Below, piece after piece: positions 28,663 through 39,341 of a stretch of 64,000 bases of DNA; positions within the stretch are counted from its first letter, which is position 1, and every line of letters begins with the position of its first letter. Origin of the DNA: an uncultured delta proteobacterium (GTDB taxonomy: Bacteria; Desulfobacterota; Syntrophia; Syntrophales; Smithellaceae). The stretch lies in the NCBI GenBank assembly GCA_963753975.1, contig CAVWEH010000004.1:256001-320000 (forward strand), given 5' to 3'. The notes below the pieces were generated by a model. The model saw nothing but the letters and a program-made list of their open reading frames with translations, searched no databases and was not told the origin of the DNA. The position numbers and the translations under genes are program-made.

Positions 28663-29838
28663 TTACACTGCCCGCAGGGCATCGACTATCTTCAGCCGCG
28701 AGGCGCGCAACGCCGGTAACACGCCGCCGGTCAATCCCATGATCAGGGCAAAGAACATCGATTCCAGAAAGATTCCGGGCGTCAGAGTAAATTTAAACGC
28801 CAGTTCGGAAAAAGTTTGAAAATTCACCGTAGAAATAGTGATAAACTGCATAAAGGAGGCAAAAAATAATCCTACACAGCCGCCGATGAAGCCCAACAAT
28901 AAAGATTCGACTAAGAACGCTATCAGGATGTTGCGCCGGCGGAAACCTAAAGCCCGCAAAGTGCCGATTTCCGCCGTGCGATTGGCGACGGCCGAATACA
29001 TGGTAATCATCGCCCCGATGATCGCGCCGATGGAAAAGATAATGGTCAGCGACATTCCCAGGATACGTAGAAACTTGGCCATCATTTCCGATTGATCAAG
29101 ATAGTATCTTGTTTCCCGCTTGGCTTCCAGTGTGAGCCGCGGGTCCGATTCCAGCGAGGTTTTAGCCGCGGAAAAATCATCCGGATTTTGCAACTTGAAA
29201 ATCAGCGACGAATAAACGGAACGCCGGAAAGCCTGCATGACCTGATCCACATCTCCCCAGATTTCGGAACTAAAACCGGTATTGCCCGCATCAAAAATTC
29301 CCACGACGGTCCAGGTGCGCATGCCCCAGTTGAGAGTGCCTTGCAGGCCGACTCCCTGAAATCCTTTCGCGATGCTGTTGCCGACAATCACTTCCGATGA
29401 TCCCATGCGAAACATACGGCCGGCAACTATTTTTACCTGCGGGCGCAGAGGAAGGGATTGAAGCTGTACACCGCGCACGACGACATTGGAATGACCGGAT
29501 GTTTTCTCCGCACCGCGTTTTTGCAGGGCGATGAGCACAACCGATTCCTTGGCTACAAGCCGCAGTCCCTCTGCGTCTATCGCCACCTGCGGCAGCATTT
29601 CCACAATCGAAGCGGCATTGCGTTCGATGCCGCTCATGACTTCGGATGTCGAACCTTTACGCACTACAACGACATTGTCGGGAGAACCGGTTTCGACCAG
29701 TGTCTTTTGCAGGCCTGCCGCCATCATCAGCACCGCGGCAAAAACAAAGACAACCAGCGCCATACCGGAGACGGTTAAAATAGTGGTCAGCCTGCGTTTC
29801 CAGAGGTTGTGGAAACTATAGGATATGGGCACAGCCAT
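28663..29838 (-). CDS. ABC transporter permease (MacB/FtsX-like)
   Basis: RTAEIGTLRALGF, 4-TM architecture. Confidence 0.92.
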   Translation of the reverse strand: MAVPISYSFHNLWKRRLTTILTVSGMALVVFVFAAVLMMAAGLQKTLVETGSPDNVVVVRKGSTSEVMSGIERNAASIVEMLPQVAIDAEGLRLVAKESVVLIALQKRGAEKTSGHSNVVVRGVQLQSLPLRPQVKIVAGRMFRMGSSEVIVGNSIAKGFQGVGLQGTLNWGMRTWTVVGIFDAGNTGFSSEIWGDVDQVMQAFRRSVYSSLIFKLQNPDDFSAAKTSLESDPRLTLEAKRETRYYLDQSEMMAKFLRILGMSLTIIFSIGAIIGAMITMYSAVANRTAEIGTLRALGFRRRNILIAFLVESLLLGFIGGCVGLFFASFMQFITISTVNFQTFSELAFKFTLTPGIFLESMFFALIMGLTGGVLPALRASRLKIVDALRAV

Positions 29839-30995
29839 CAGCCGATCCTCCTCAGACCGTCCGCGATACGAATGCGGATGGCGTGACGGGTGGGAATTAT
29901 CGCGGCGAGAAAAGCAATCAGTAAGGCCGCCAAAAGATCGTAATAAAGCGTTTTTTCGGAGACGAGAAAGACAGGGAAAAAAGTCGCCAGTGACTGGCCG
30001 AAGACCTTTGCCGCGGGAAAAGTCAGGAGCATTCCGATAAGAGAGCCGGTCAGGGTGATGACCAGGGATTCACCGAAAATCAGGATGGTTATTTCTTTAG
30101 CGCCGAAGCCCAGTGTTTTCATGATCGCGTAATCGCCTGTACGTTCGCGCGTGGTCATGGCCATGGTATTGGCGACAACAGCCATAATAATAAAAATCAC
30201 CACAAAGGAGACCATCTGAATGGCCGTGACGATGGCTTCACTCATGGCGATAAAACCGAGATTGAAAGCCTTTTCCGTTTCCGTCAATGTTTCGGCAAGA
30301 GAATTCTTGAAAACTTTATCGATCGCAACGGCCGTATCGGCGGCAATGTCCGGTCTGGCAACTCCGATCATATAGAAACCGACTTGCCCGGCGCGCCGCG
30401 GAACTGTTTGTTTCATGGTTTCATCGAGATAGGCCCAGTGAAAGAAGAACTGGGTTTCATCTACGGTTTTATCGCGGCCGTGATAAATGCCGCGCAAAAC
30501 AAAATCCCAGTTGCCCGGATAAATGGTTCCTTTCAGGGTTACGGTATCGCCCGGCTTCCAACCATACTTTGCGGCCAGTTTCCGGCCCGCCACGAAACCC
30601 TTCCGGTCGGCAAGAAATGCCCTTTTCTGCAAAGGATCAAGCACAAATTCCGGATAGAGTTCGAAATATGTCCGGGGTTCAACGCAGAAATTCGCGAAGA
30701 AATTTTTCTCGTCAATATAGATGCCGCCAAACCAGTTGCCGTAGGAGACGATCTTCACTCCTTCCACCTGCCGGATTTTTTCCTGATAGGAAATGGGCAG
30801 CGGGAAAATAATGGAAATGGCGTTGCGGGTAACCAGACGCGTGGTTGAGGCGGCCTCCACTCCGGAATACCAGGAATTGATTACCGTCCGCAGAAGACCG
30901 AAAGCCAGAATAGCCACGGCAATGCCCAGGATGGTGAGACCGCTGCGCAGCTTATTGTGAAAAGCGTTCCTAAAGAGGATTTTTAGAAGCATCAT
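29838..30995 (-). CDS. ABC transporter permease (MacB/FtsX-like)
   Basis: RERTGDYAIMKTLGF; coupled to neighbours. Confidence 0.92.
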   Translation of the reverse strand: MMLLKILFRNAFHNKLRSGLTILGIAVAILAFGLLRTVINSWYSGVEAASTTRLVTRNAISIIFPLPISYQEKIRQVEGVKIVSYGNWFGGIYIDEKNFFANFCVEPRTYFELYPEFVLDPLQKRAFLADRKGFVAGRKLAAKYGWKPGDTVTLKGTIYPGNWDFVLRGIYHGRDKTVDETQFFFHWAYLDETMKQTVPRRAGQVGFYMIGVARPDIAADTAVAIDKVFKNSLAETLTETEKAFNLGFIAMSEAIVTAIQMVSFVVIFIIMAVVANTMAMTTRERTGDYAIMKTLGFGAKEITILIFGESLVITLTGSLIGMLLTFPAAKVFGQSLATFFPVFLVSEKTLYYDLLAALLIAFLAAIIPTRHAIRIRIADGLRRIG

Positions 30996-31677
30996 TGTTC
31001 AGATACCCTTTATCCAGATGCCGTAAAACTTTTGCCCGCTCGGCCGCCCGCGGATCATGCGTGACCATAATGATTGTTTTGCCCATATCCGCATTAAGTC
31101 TTTCCATCATCGACAGAATCTCTTCGGCGGAGACACGGTCGAGATCGCCTGTCGGTTCATCGGCAACCAGGATGGTCGGGTCGGTGACGATGGCGCGGGC
31201 GATAGCCACGCGTTGTTGTTCGCCACCGGACATCTCCCCGGGATAATGATCCATCCGATGGTCAAGGCCAACCATGGAAAGCGCCATTTCCGCATGCTGC
31301 AGTCTCTCTCTTTTCGATAAATTGGTCAGATGCAGCGGCAGCTCCACGTTCTCAATTGCTTTGAGAACGGGAATCAGATTGTAGAACTGGAAGATGAAAC
31401 CGACGGAGTTGGCACGCCAGGCCGCAAGCTCCGTCTCCGTTAGAGCCGTAATATCGATATCTCCCACGCGGATCAATCCTTGGTCGACTTTATCGATTCC
31501 AGCGATGAGATTCAACAGAGTGGTTTTGCCGGAGCCGGATGGCCCCATCAACGCCAGAAATTCCCCTTCGGCAATATCGAAAGTGATATCGTACAAAACA
31601 GGCACGACCAAGTTTTGCCGGTGATAGGATTTATAAAGGTTCTTTATTTCGACAATGGTGTTTTTTTGTTCGGTCAT
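30970..31677 (-). CDS. ABC transporter ATP-binding protein (LolD/MacB-like)
   Basis: GPSGSGKT, MSGGEQQRVAIARA, ADEPTG. Confidence 0.95.
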   Translation of the reverse strand: MTEQKNTIVEIKNLYKSYHRQNLVVPVLYDITFDIAEGEFLALMGPSGSGKTTLLNLIAGIDKVDQGLIRVGDIDITALTETELAAWRANSVGFIFQFYNLIPVLKAIENVELPLHLTNLSKRERLQHAEMALSMVGLDHRMDHYPGEMSGGEQQRVAIARAIVTDPTILVADEPTGDLDRVSAEEILSMMERLNADMGKTIIMVTHDPRAAERAKVLRHLDKGYLNNDASKNPL

Positions 31678-31694
31678 GATTTATAGGAAGTTGT

Positions 31695-31871
31695 CGATTG
31701 AGCGCGGGCATCCATATGCTCCGAATCCCCGTCACTGCGTCTCTAAGACTCATTGCGCGACGGCCGGAAACTCGCCTGTGGCTCAAATACTCCAGCCGTT
31801 TTCACGCTCCATGTCGCCAAGAGCCGCAACGTTCCGGGCATAGTCGCTTATTGCATGCCCCGACTCAATCG
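31695..31871. repeat. 177-bp imperfect hairpin element inside the transporter operon
   Basis: Ends cgattgagcgcgggcat / atgccccgactcaatcg are inverted repeats. Confidence 0.55.
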
Positions 31872-31897
31872 GTGGCGTTCAGGCGATGATGTTCTTA

Positions 31898-33145
31898 TTA
31901 CCTTTCCGCTATTTTTATTTTTGTCCCGTTTTTCATTCCTTTAGGCGGATTGACGACAACGCGGTCGCCGGACTTAAGACCGCTTATTATTTCTATCATA
32001 TCTCCCAGTTTAACGCCTGTCTGCACGGATGTTTCCCGGACATGGTTTCCCTCAAGTACAAAAACATGGGTTTGATCAGTTTTGCCGACTAAAGCCGAGC
32101 CGTTTACGGCCAGACGCGGCTTGCGTTCCTCCGGCTTGAGATTACGGGAAAGAAAAGAAACTTTGGCGCTCATATCCGGCAGCATACGGGGGTCTTTGTC
32201 CAGAAAGCGCACCTTAACCAGAACAGTGGCTTTGGTGCGGTCGACTGTCGGCACAATAGTGTAAACTTCGCCGCGAAAACGAATTGCCGGCAGAGCGTCA
32301 AGCTGGATATCGCAGGCTTGTCCTGTGCGAATACCGGCGATATTTGTTTCCGAAACATCAACTTCCACCTGCAGTGATCTCATATCGGCTATTGTGACGA
32401 CAGCGGCTTTGGCGGTTGCCACTGCGGCAAACGGAGTCACAATATCGCCGACATCGGCGTTTTTGGTCAAAACCACGGCGTCAAAGGGGGCCCTGATCAA
32501 GGTATAATCAAGACCGGCTTTAGCGCCCTCGAGAGCGGCTTTGAGCGCCAGCACATTAGCTTCGGCCACTTTTACTCCTTCTTCGGAGCGTTTATAGCGG
32601 GTATTAACCGCGTCCCAATCAGATTGGGAAACAGAACCGTCGGCCACAAGGCCCTGGTAGCGGACATTTTCCCGCCGGGCAATATCCCGATCCGTTTTCG
32701 CCTGCTCCAGAGCGGCCAGGGCATTTACCAGATTAGCCGCCGCCTGGTTTTTGGCCGCAGTCACATCATCACTTTCCATCCGCGCGATTATCTGGTCTTT
32801 TTTGACCTTGCTTCCTTCCTCCACCATCAGGGCCACCAGACGGCCGGTTATTTTAGCGGCCACCGCGGCCTTGCGCTCGGCAACAATATAACCGCTGGCA
32901 TTCAAAACAGACAGAGATTGAGAGGGATAAACCTGCGCAACTGTTGTTACATCAACGGTTGTGGCCGGAGCGATGATTCCGGCTACGTAAAGGAAGCTGA
33001 GAATAAAAAGCAGGGCAATGGCTGACGCTATAAAAAATGGTTTCCTTTTTCGCCGGGATGAGCCCGTCAACTTTTGAGTCTTGTCGATTTTCAGCTTGTT
33101 TATATCCAGCTCGGGCATAATCTTTTCACTTCCTTCGGTTTTCAA
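31898..33145 (-). CDS. Efflux RND-type periplasmic adaptor subunit (MacA-like)
   Basis: N-terminal TM, LNASGYIVA, IRAPFDAVV, VEVDVSE. Confidence 0.92.
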   Translation of the reverse strand: MKTEGSEKIMPELDINKLKIDKTQKLTGSSRRKRKPFFIASAIALLFILSFLYVAGIIAPATTVDVTTVAQVYPSQSLSVLNASGYIVAERKAAVAAKITGRLVALMVEEGSKVKKDQIIARMESDDVTAAKNQAAANLVNALAALEQAKTDRDIARRENVRYQGLVADGSVSQSDWDAVNTRYKRSEEGVKVAEANVLALKAALEGAKAGLDYTLIRAPFDAVVLTKNADVGDIVTPFAAVATAKAAVVTIADMRSLQVEVDVSETNIAGIRTGQACDIQLDALPAIRFRGEVYTIVPTVDRTKATVLVKVRFLDKDPRMLPDMSAKVSFLSRNLKPEERKPRLAVNGSALVGKTDQTHVFVLEGNHVRETSVQTGVKLGDMIEIISGLKSGDRVVVNPPKGMKNGTKIKIAER

Positions 33146-33310
33146 TTTTTATCGATACAACTCATGATCCAAGATCGCAACCAAAACTTGTCATATTCAT
33201 AGCAGAACAAGTTGCTTATTACCATAAAGATCGTACCCCTTCGCTTATTCTATAGTAGTCACCCAAAATAAACAGGACCTCTCCTGACGCAGTATCACGG
33301 AATGAATCTC

Positions 33311-35869
33311 TTAAGAGTCTATCTTTCGATAGAATATATTTTTTGCCAGTTCCGCCGTTAAAATATAAAGCACCATAATGATCCCCAGCATCATAAGAAA
33401 TGACACGGGCAGAGGTACAAAATCAAATATCTTCCCGATAGGTGTCAAAGGAAAGATAAGCGTGGCAATAACAACAGAAATTGTGGCAACGAGTAAATAT
33501 TTCCCCGGCCGGCTCTTAAAGAAGGGTCTTCTGCTGCGAATGACCAGAACAATAATCGCGGCGGAAATGACGGATTCCACGAACCATCCTGTTCTGAATT
33601 GATCCGGCGCGGCGTGGAGAATCAGCAACAGAACACCAAAAGTCAGATAGTCAAAAATCGAGCTGATTAAGCCAAAAGTGATCATGAATTTTTTAATAAA
33701 AGATATATTCCACCTTTTCGGTTGATTTACCATTTCGGCGTCTGTCCGATCCGTGGCAACGGTCATCTCCGGAAAATCAGTCATCAAGTTCGTCAACAGA
33801 ATTTGTTTGGGCAACAAGGGAAGAAAAGACAGAAACAGCGAAGCACCGGCCATGCTGAACATGTTGCCGAAATTGGCGCTGGTCGCCATAAAGACGTATT
33901 TCATGGTATTGGCCAGCGTAGTTCTCCCTTGATGGACGCCTTGCACGAGCACCTCCAGATTCTTTTCCATCAGTACGATATCGGCCGATTCTTTGGCCGC
34001 GTCCGCCGCAGTATCGACGGAAATACTGACGTCCGCAGCGTGGAGAGCGGAAACATCATTGATGCCGTCTCCGATATAGCCCACAACGTGGCCGGCCTTC
34101 CTCAGCGCAATGATAATGCGTTCTTTCTGATTGGGCTCTACCTCGGCAAAGATGTCCGTTTGGGTCACTTTTTGCAATAAGGCGGCGTTACTTATTTCAC
34201 GCAGTTCGGCACCGGTAAGAATTTTGGCATCACGCATTCCTACATCCTGACTTATCTTGGCGGCAACGAGACAATTGTCACCGGTTATAATTTTCAGGGA
34301 AACACCGAGCTGTTTGAGGCGGTCTATCGTTTCCAAAACTCCTTTTTTAGGCGGATCGAAGAAAAGCAGGAAACCGAGGAAGGTCATGTCCCGCTCGGAA
34401 TCTTTATTGATGACGGACTCACTTCCCATATCCCGCAGGCCGACACCCAGCACGCGGAAGCCCTGACTGCTGAGTTCTTCGAACTTCTGCTGAATCTTTT
34501 CTCCCACTGTTATCGTGTCTATCTTATTCCCGGCCTCGTTTTCCGCAAAAGGACAGACAGCAAGCACATTCGCGAGCGCCCCTTTCATAATCATTAAATG
34601 CCTGCCATCCTTTTTAATCAGGATGCTCAATCGCTTGCGGATGAAATCATAGGGAACCTCGTCCACTTTTTCATATCCCGAAATATCCGGTTGCTTATAA
34701 GAACGGATCGCTTCGTCGAGGGGATTGGAAAAGCCTTTTTCATAAAACGAGTTCAGATAGGCATGAAAGAAAACCCGCTCACTGGGTGTGCCGTCGATGT
34801 CTATTGCCGAATGCAGGCACACGGTCCCTTCAGTCAGAGTTCCAGTCTTATCCGAGCAGAGAACGTTCATACTCCCGAAGTTTTCTATGGAGGCAAGCCG
34901 CTTTACAATAACTTTTTGCTGCGCCATTATTCTGGCGCCGTGAGCCAGGTTAATGCTGATTATTGCCGGCAGCAACTGGGGCGTCAGCCCGACAGCGAGG
35001 GCCAGAGAAAAAAGGAATGATTCGAGAACAGAGCGATGAAAAAAGACATTGATGGCAAAAACGGCAATGACCAGCAACAGGGTCACTTCGAGCAGTAAAT
35101 AACCAAACCGCCGGATGCCATGCTCAAATTCGGTTTCCGGCGGTCTCAATTTCAACCTTTCGGAGATTTTGCCGAATTCCGCTTGTTTTCCCGTGAAAAT
35201 CACAACGGCCCTGGCTGTACCGCTCACAACATGAGTTCCCATAAACAGGCTGTTGGTGCGCCCGTGGAGAGGAGTTCCCGCCGGCAGCACGCCTATTTCC
35301 TTTTCTACCGGATAAGTTTCACCTGTCAGAGTTGCCTCATCCACGAAGAGATCCCTGGATTCCATAATCAGGCCGTCGGCGGGAATCGCATCTCCGGCAT
35401 TCAAGATAACGATGTCGCCCGAGACAACATCTTCCAGTGCAATATCCTGCTCTCTGCCGTCACGAAGAACAGTGGTCTTGATCTTGACTATGGCGAGCAT
35501 CTTTTCGAGGGCATTAACAGCGCCCTTTTCTTGCCAGAATCCCAAAAGGCCGCTGATTAGAACGATTGCAATAATGATCGCGGCATCTGCCGGATCACGA
35601 AGAAAAGCAGAGAGTCCCGCCGCAAAAATCAAGGTCAGGATAATAGGACTTTTGAATTGGGCAATGAGCAGTGCCAGCGTGTCCGAACGTTTCGGGGGCG
35701 AAAGGAGGTTTGCGCCATGCTGAATCAGCCGTTGCTCGGCTTCCTCAGTGCTCAGTCCTTCCTGCTTCGCCTTAAGCTGAGTCAATAAATCGATCTGGGG
35801 AATACTCCAATATGCAGGTGGCTGCTTAATCATATGACCTATGTTAAGGAGACAGACAGACCTTGTCAA
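33311..35869 (-). CDS. mgtA: Magnesium-translocating P-type ATPase
   Basis: TGET, AVGLTPQLLP, DKTGTLT, YDFIRKR, GDGIND, SANFGNMFS; start may be ATG 35833. Confidence 0.92.
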   Translation of the reverse strand: MTRSVCLLNIGHMIKQPPAYWSIPQIDLLTQLKAKQEGLSTEEAEQRLIQHGANLLSPPKRSDTLALLIAQFKSPIILTLIFAAGLSAFLRDPADAAIIIAIVLISGLLGFWQEKGAVNALEKMLAIVKIKTTVLRDGREQDIALEDVVSGDIVILNAGDAIPADGLIMESRDLFVDEATLTGETYPVEKEIGVLPAGTPLHGRTNSLFMGTHVVSGTARAVVIFTGKQAEFGKISERLKLRPPETEFEHGIRRFGYLLLEVTLLLVIAVFAINVFFHRSVLESFLFSLALAVGLTPQLLPAIISINLAHGARIMAQQKVIVKRLASIENFGSMNVLCSDKTGTLTEGTVCLHSAIDIDGTPSERVFFHAYLNSFYEKGFSNPLDEAIRSYKQPDISGYEKVDEVPYDFIRKRLSILIKKDGRHLMIMKGALANVLAVCPFAENEAGNKIDTITVGEKIQQKFEELSSQGFRVLGVGLRDMGSESVINKDSERDMTFLGFLLFFDPPKKGVLETIDRLKQLGVSLKIITGDNCLVAAKISQDVGMRDAKILTGAELREISNAALLQKVTQTDIFAEVEPNQKERIIIALRKAGHVVGYIGDGINDVSALHAADVSISVDTAADAAKESADIVLMEKNLEVLVQGVHQGRTTLANTMKYVFMATSANFGNMFSMAGASLFLSFLPLLPKQILLTNLMTDFPEMTVATDRTDAEMVNQPKRWNISFIKKFMITFGLISSIFDYLTFGVLLLILHAAPDQFRTGWFVESVISAAIIVLVIRSRRPFFKSRPGKYLLVATISVVIATLIFPLTPIGKIFDFVPLPVSFLMMLGIIMVLYILTAELAKNIFYRKIDS

Positions 35870-36051
35870 TGGAAATGCGATATGAAAGTGAAACGCGTTC
35901 GGAAAGATCTTTTTCTCATACGCGACAGTAAAGGATATGGGATTCCCTCAATTATCTGGACGAAATAACTTCCTCTTTAGGATTTCTTGACCGGTCGAAA
36001 GCGATATGCAAATCAGCGAAATTTTCAATATACAATTCCGCGGCTCTATAA

Positions 36052-36408
36052 TCATTCTTCCTGGCCGGGAACAATGATGCGGGAAGCTTCCTGCCTTTGG
36101 ATTTCCTTCGCTTCAGCAATCATCGCCTGAACCGCTTTTTCAATAGCCGCGGGCAACTTGTCCACTGCTTCGCTGAGAGTCTTTGCTCCTTCAATGACGC
36201 ACTGAACCGGAATCGGTCCTTTAGCAGTCATCAGTTGAGTCAGTCCGGTAAAGACAGGCTCCCTGCTTCCATCGATTGAGCCGTCGATTTTGACCGGTGT
36301 AAGGCATCGGATTGTGGCATACGTCAGGTCGGTGAAAGCTTCTTCTTTGTAAAGGTTTTCTTTATTTACTTTAACTTCTGTTATTTTGGGTCCGTCAGCG
36401 ATACTCAT
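36052..36408 (-). CDS. Conserved cytoplasmic hypothetical protein
   Basis: LYKEEAFTDL...LTPVKIDGS...ASRIIVPG; AAGGAG RBS. Confidence 0.8.
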   Translation of the reverse strand: MSIADGPKITEVKVNKENLYKEEAFTDLTYATIRCLTPVKIDGSIDGSREPVFTGLTQLMTAKGPIPVQCVIEGAKTLSEAVDKLPAAIEKAVQAMIAEAKEIQRQEASRIIVPGQEE

Positions 36409-36728
36409 GGGTTGTCTCCTTCACATGCTGGATTCTCCGTTCTTATGTCCCGAAAAATTACGGGAAGCGCAAACCAACAGCCCATGTTTTTTCGGCTCAT
36501 TGCTTCACTGCTACACTGAAAAAGCCGCAGCGTCAAATGACATTTTACTCTGTCGGGCTACGGGCCGGATACTTTCCTGTACATACCGGACACCGGCCTG
36601 ACGCCGGATTTATTATTATCTTGACAACAAGCACGCCCTCAACTTAATATCTTATAAAAGTCAGCGCAGGACAGACTAACGAAGACTATCCTGCTGTTGA
36701 AAAATAATACCGGATAAGGAGATTAAAT

Positions 36729-37444
36729 ATGAAAAAGTTTACAAGCGTTATGTTTATTTTATTGGTTTTACTATTTTTTTCTTCCGTTGCTATGGCTCAG
36801 GATACAAAAGGTATCTATGTAGGTATTCTGGGCGGGTATGTTATACCTAACCGATGCAAACGTGGACTTGAACGACGTCTCAACGGGTGAAACGCTTGCT
36901 AGTTATGATGCGAGCATGAAAAACGGATATTTATTCGGTGCTAAAGTTGGTTGGCTCACACCTTTCACCAATAGGATTATGGCGGTGGAATTGGAATATA
37001 ATTACTTACATAGCACCTTTGATCAGGCCAAGGACCTTGGGGTGATACCCTATAGATTTGAACATGGATGGTAAAGTCAATATGAATTTGTTCATGCTGA
37101 ATGTTCTGGCACGCTATCCTAACGGAATATTTCATCCCTACATAGGCGCCGGCGCCGGATATGCCATGATCGATGTTGACGATCAGACAATTTCCGTGGG
37201 CGGTAATCCCATCTCTATAATAGGCGGTGGCAGCCAAGGCGTATTCGCCTATCAGCTGATGGCGGGATTTGATGTAGATGTGACTAAAAACATTATCGTC
37301 AGTGTCGCCTATAAATACATTGCCCCGCAAAAGATTTCATATGATTCCAACATTAGCATTGACGGTTCGCCTGCGGAACCTGTAACCCAAGACATGAATT
37401 TCACATTCCAAGCTATTACCCTGGGCATTAGCTATTTGTTCTAA
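36729..37444 (+). pseudogene. Outer-membrane beta-barrel protein with two +1 frameshifts (~36849, ~37050)
   Basis: AAGGAG RBS, MKKFTSV signal peptide to GGYVIP; then TDANVD...GVIP; then IDLNMDGK...PYIGAGAG...ISYLF. Confidence 0.8.
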
Positions 37445-37458
37445 TCGCTAAATCCTTT

Positions 37459-37489
37459 TGTTCCAGGGGCACTAGCCGCCCCTGGAACA
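37459..37489. terminator. Stem-loop between convergent genes
   Basis: tgttccaggggc-actagcc-gcccctggaaca, 12-bp perfect stem. Confidence 0.6.
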
Positions 37490-37595
37490 TCCGCATCCGG
37501 TATTCCTCTTATGTTTTTATTGTGACGCTTCTATTTTAGTTCGCATTAATTAGAAAATATTCATTGTTTAATCTTCTCCAGACTTAAATCAGACA

Positions 37596-38270
37596 TTATT
37601 CACTTTCCGGTTTTTTCTTGACGAACGGTTTAATAAGTTCAAAGAGGATAAGGGTAATGAGAGTAATCAAAAGCAGAATCAGCAATGTGTTGATGAATTC
37701 TTTATGCACAAGAAACATAATAATAAATATCTCCAGCATCAAGACTGCGGTCTCGATAATTCTACGGCGCATTACAGTATCGATGAGAAACGAAAATATA
37801 ATCACTTCCACCCAGCCTTCCGTGATGATACCGGAGATTATTTCTGTATTGAGGTTGCCACTGAGTAAAAATAAGGTCATCAGTTGAAGAAACCCGAAGG
37901 TGAAGAGTGATTCTGGAATGTACGAAATGTTCACCGCCAGGAATACCGGCATCCTGTTTCTGAGCAAACCGCAGATGAAGCCGGTCATCGCTTTGCCGAA
38001 TATTATCGCCAAACCGAAAAAGGGACCATAAATACCAAATACAGCGTAGTGAACATAAGGATAGATGGAGCCGATGGCTCCGGTAATCAGCCCATAAAAC
38101 GGCCCGAAGGCCAGCGCAACAACAAAGGTGGCCAGGTGTGAAAAATCAAAAGTTACCTGCGGGTGCATCGGAGTCAGGAGACTGGATAAAAAAGAAAGAA
38201 GGTTACCCAGTATACCCGCAGCTATGGCAGCCAGTACTTTTTTCATCCGGTCGTTGAGGTTGAAAGTCAT
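37596..38270 (-). CDS. ECF transporter S-component-like membrane protein
   Basis: DFSHLATFVVALAFGPFYGLITG; multiple TM helices. Confidence 0.7.
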   Translation of the reverse strand: MTFNLNDRMKKVLAAIAAGILGNLLSFLSSLLTPMHPQVTFDFSHLATFVVALAFGPFYGLITGAIGSIYPYVHYAVFGIYGPFFGLAIIFGKAMTGFICGLLRNRMPVFLAVNISYIPESLFTFGFLQLMTLFLLSGNLNTEIISGIITEGWVEVIIFSFLIDTVMRRRIIETAVLMLEIFIIMFLVHKEFINTLLILLLITLITLILFELIKPFVKKKPESE

Positions 38271-38365
38271 GGCGGCATCCTAAAAAATAATTCATTTTAA
38301 AACTATGTGTTTAACTATACTCGCATAGCTCAAGTTTTATAATATTCAGTTTTACGTTTAGCGGC

Positions 38366-38452
38366 TTACAGATGACCGATCAAGAGCAGCAGCAAAATCG
38401 CTACAACATGTAATACCCACCACCCCGGTTGGAACAAGAGAATATATTTCAT
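38366..38452 (-). CDS. 28-aa membrane peptide, not in ORF track
   Basis: MKYILLFQPGWWVLHVVAILLLLLIGHL*; AAGGAGG RBS right after upstream stop. Confidence 0.55.
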   Translation of the reverse strand: MKYILLFQPGWWVLHVVAILLLLLIGHL

Positions 38453-38464
38453 CAGACCCTCCTT

Positions 38465-38965
38465 CTATTTCCAAAAATAACCGCCGATAATGTAAACGGC
38501 CGTTAACATGACAACATGCACAAACCAAAAGCCCATATTAGGAAAGCGGAAAAACCTGCCGCTGCGCATCGGAGCGTCGGGCTGGTTTACTGCAAGCTCC
38601 AGTTCAAAAAGGGCTTTGCCGACGGCAAATTTTCCCCAAAGCAGCACGATATCAGCCAAAAGCGTTCCCAAAAGAATTGTCTGTAGAGTCCACGCTTGCG
38701 GGGGGTTTTCAATTGTAAAATGAGTCATAGCGATTGTACCGATGATTACCGTTATGCCATTGAGAAGATAAGCAAAGGAGATTGTTGATCGAAAAATAAA
38801 TAGGACAGGAATGACGATCACGCTGATAAACCCGGCCACGAGGGGTATGAAATTTTCCGGGTCTTTGGCGAAGGGATGTATCCGCAGATGAAGGAGCCAG
38901 CCACCCACGGCTAAAAAAAAGATCGCCAAAATCAATACTAACCGTAGATTGTCTTTTTTCTTCAT
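38465..38965 (-). CDS. Hypothetical integral membrane protein with conserved-looking His residues
   Basis: GGWLLHLRIH, AMTHF, GFWFVH; about five TM helices. Confidence 0.8.
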   Translation of the reverse strand: MKKKDNLRLVLILAIFFLAVGGWLLHLRIHPFAKDPENFIPLVAGFISVIVIPVLFIFRSTISFAYLLNGITVIIGTIAMTHFTIENPPQAWTLQTILLGTLLADIVLLWGKFAVGKALFELELAVNQPDAPMRSGRFFRFPNMGFWFVHVVMLTAVYIIGGYFWK

Positions 38966-38998
38966 AGTTCACCTCACTTTATTTATTTTACGGACGTG

Positions 38999-39341
38999 TG
39001 ACCTCGTGTGACCTTCAGGTTATTAGGTTATGCACTCGATAAATAGGGACAGCCTATTTTTAAAATACATATTTAATCACGGGTAAAATACCCTCCGCTG
39101 TGCGGGATAATCACGGGCATTTGCAATGCCCTCCGCTTATGCGGGATCAATTCAACCTGCAAATATTGCCGCACTGTGCTGGCAATATTTGAGTTTCATT
39201 GATTCGACCTGCAAGCTTCAGCGCACTCTGTTTCTGAAACTTGGGTCTCATTACAATTTACCAATTCCGCTGCACTTTGCTTTCGGAATTGGAGTTTCAC
39301 GAAAAACAACGTGCTTAAATATACTCACAATTTTCTTTATT
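38999..39341. repeat. Modular hairpin repeat cluster (2 A + 3 B-type modules)
   Basis: 39102-39250 is a near-identical inverted copy of 43094-43242. Confidence 0.85.

Noticed and set aside
35870..36050. Mg2+-sensing riboswitch upstream of mgtA
   Set aside because: No M-box or leader-peptide features recognisable by eye; would need an Rfam scan
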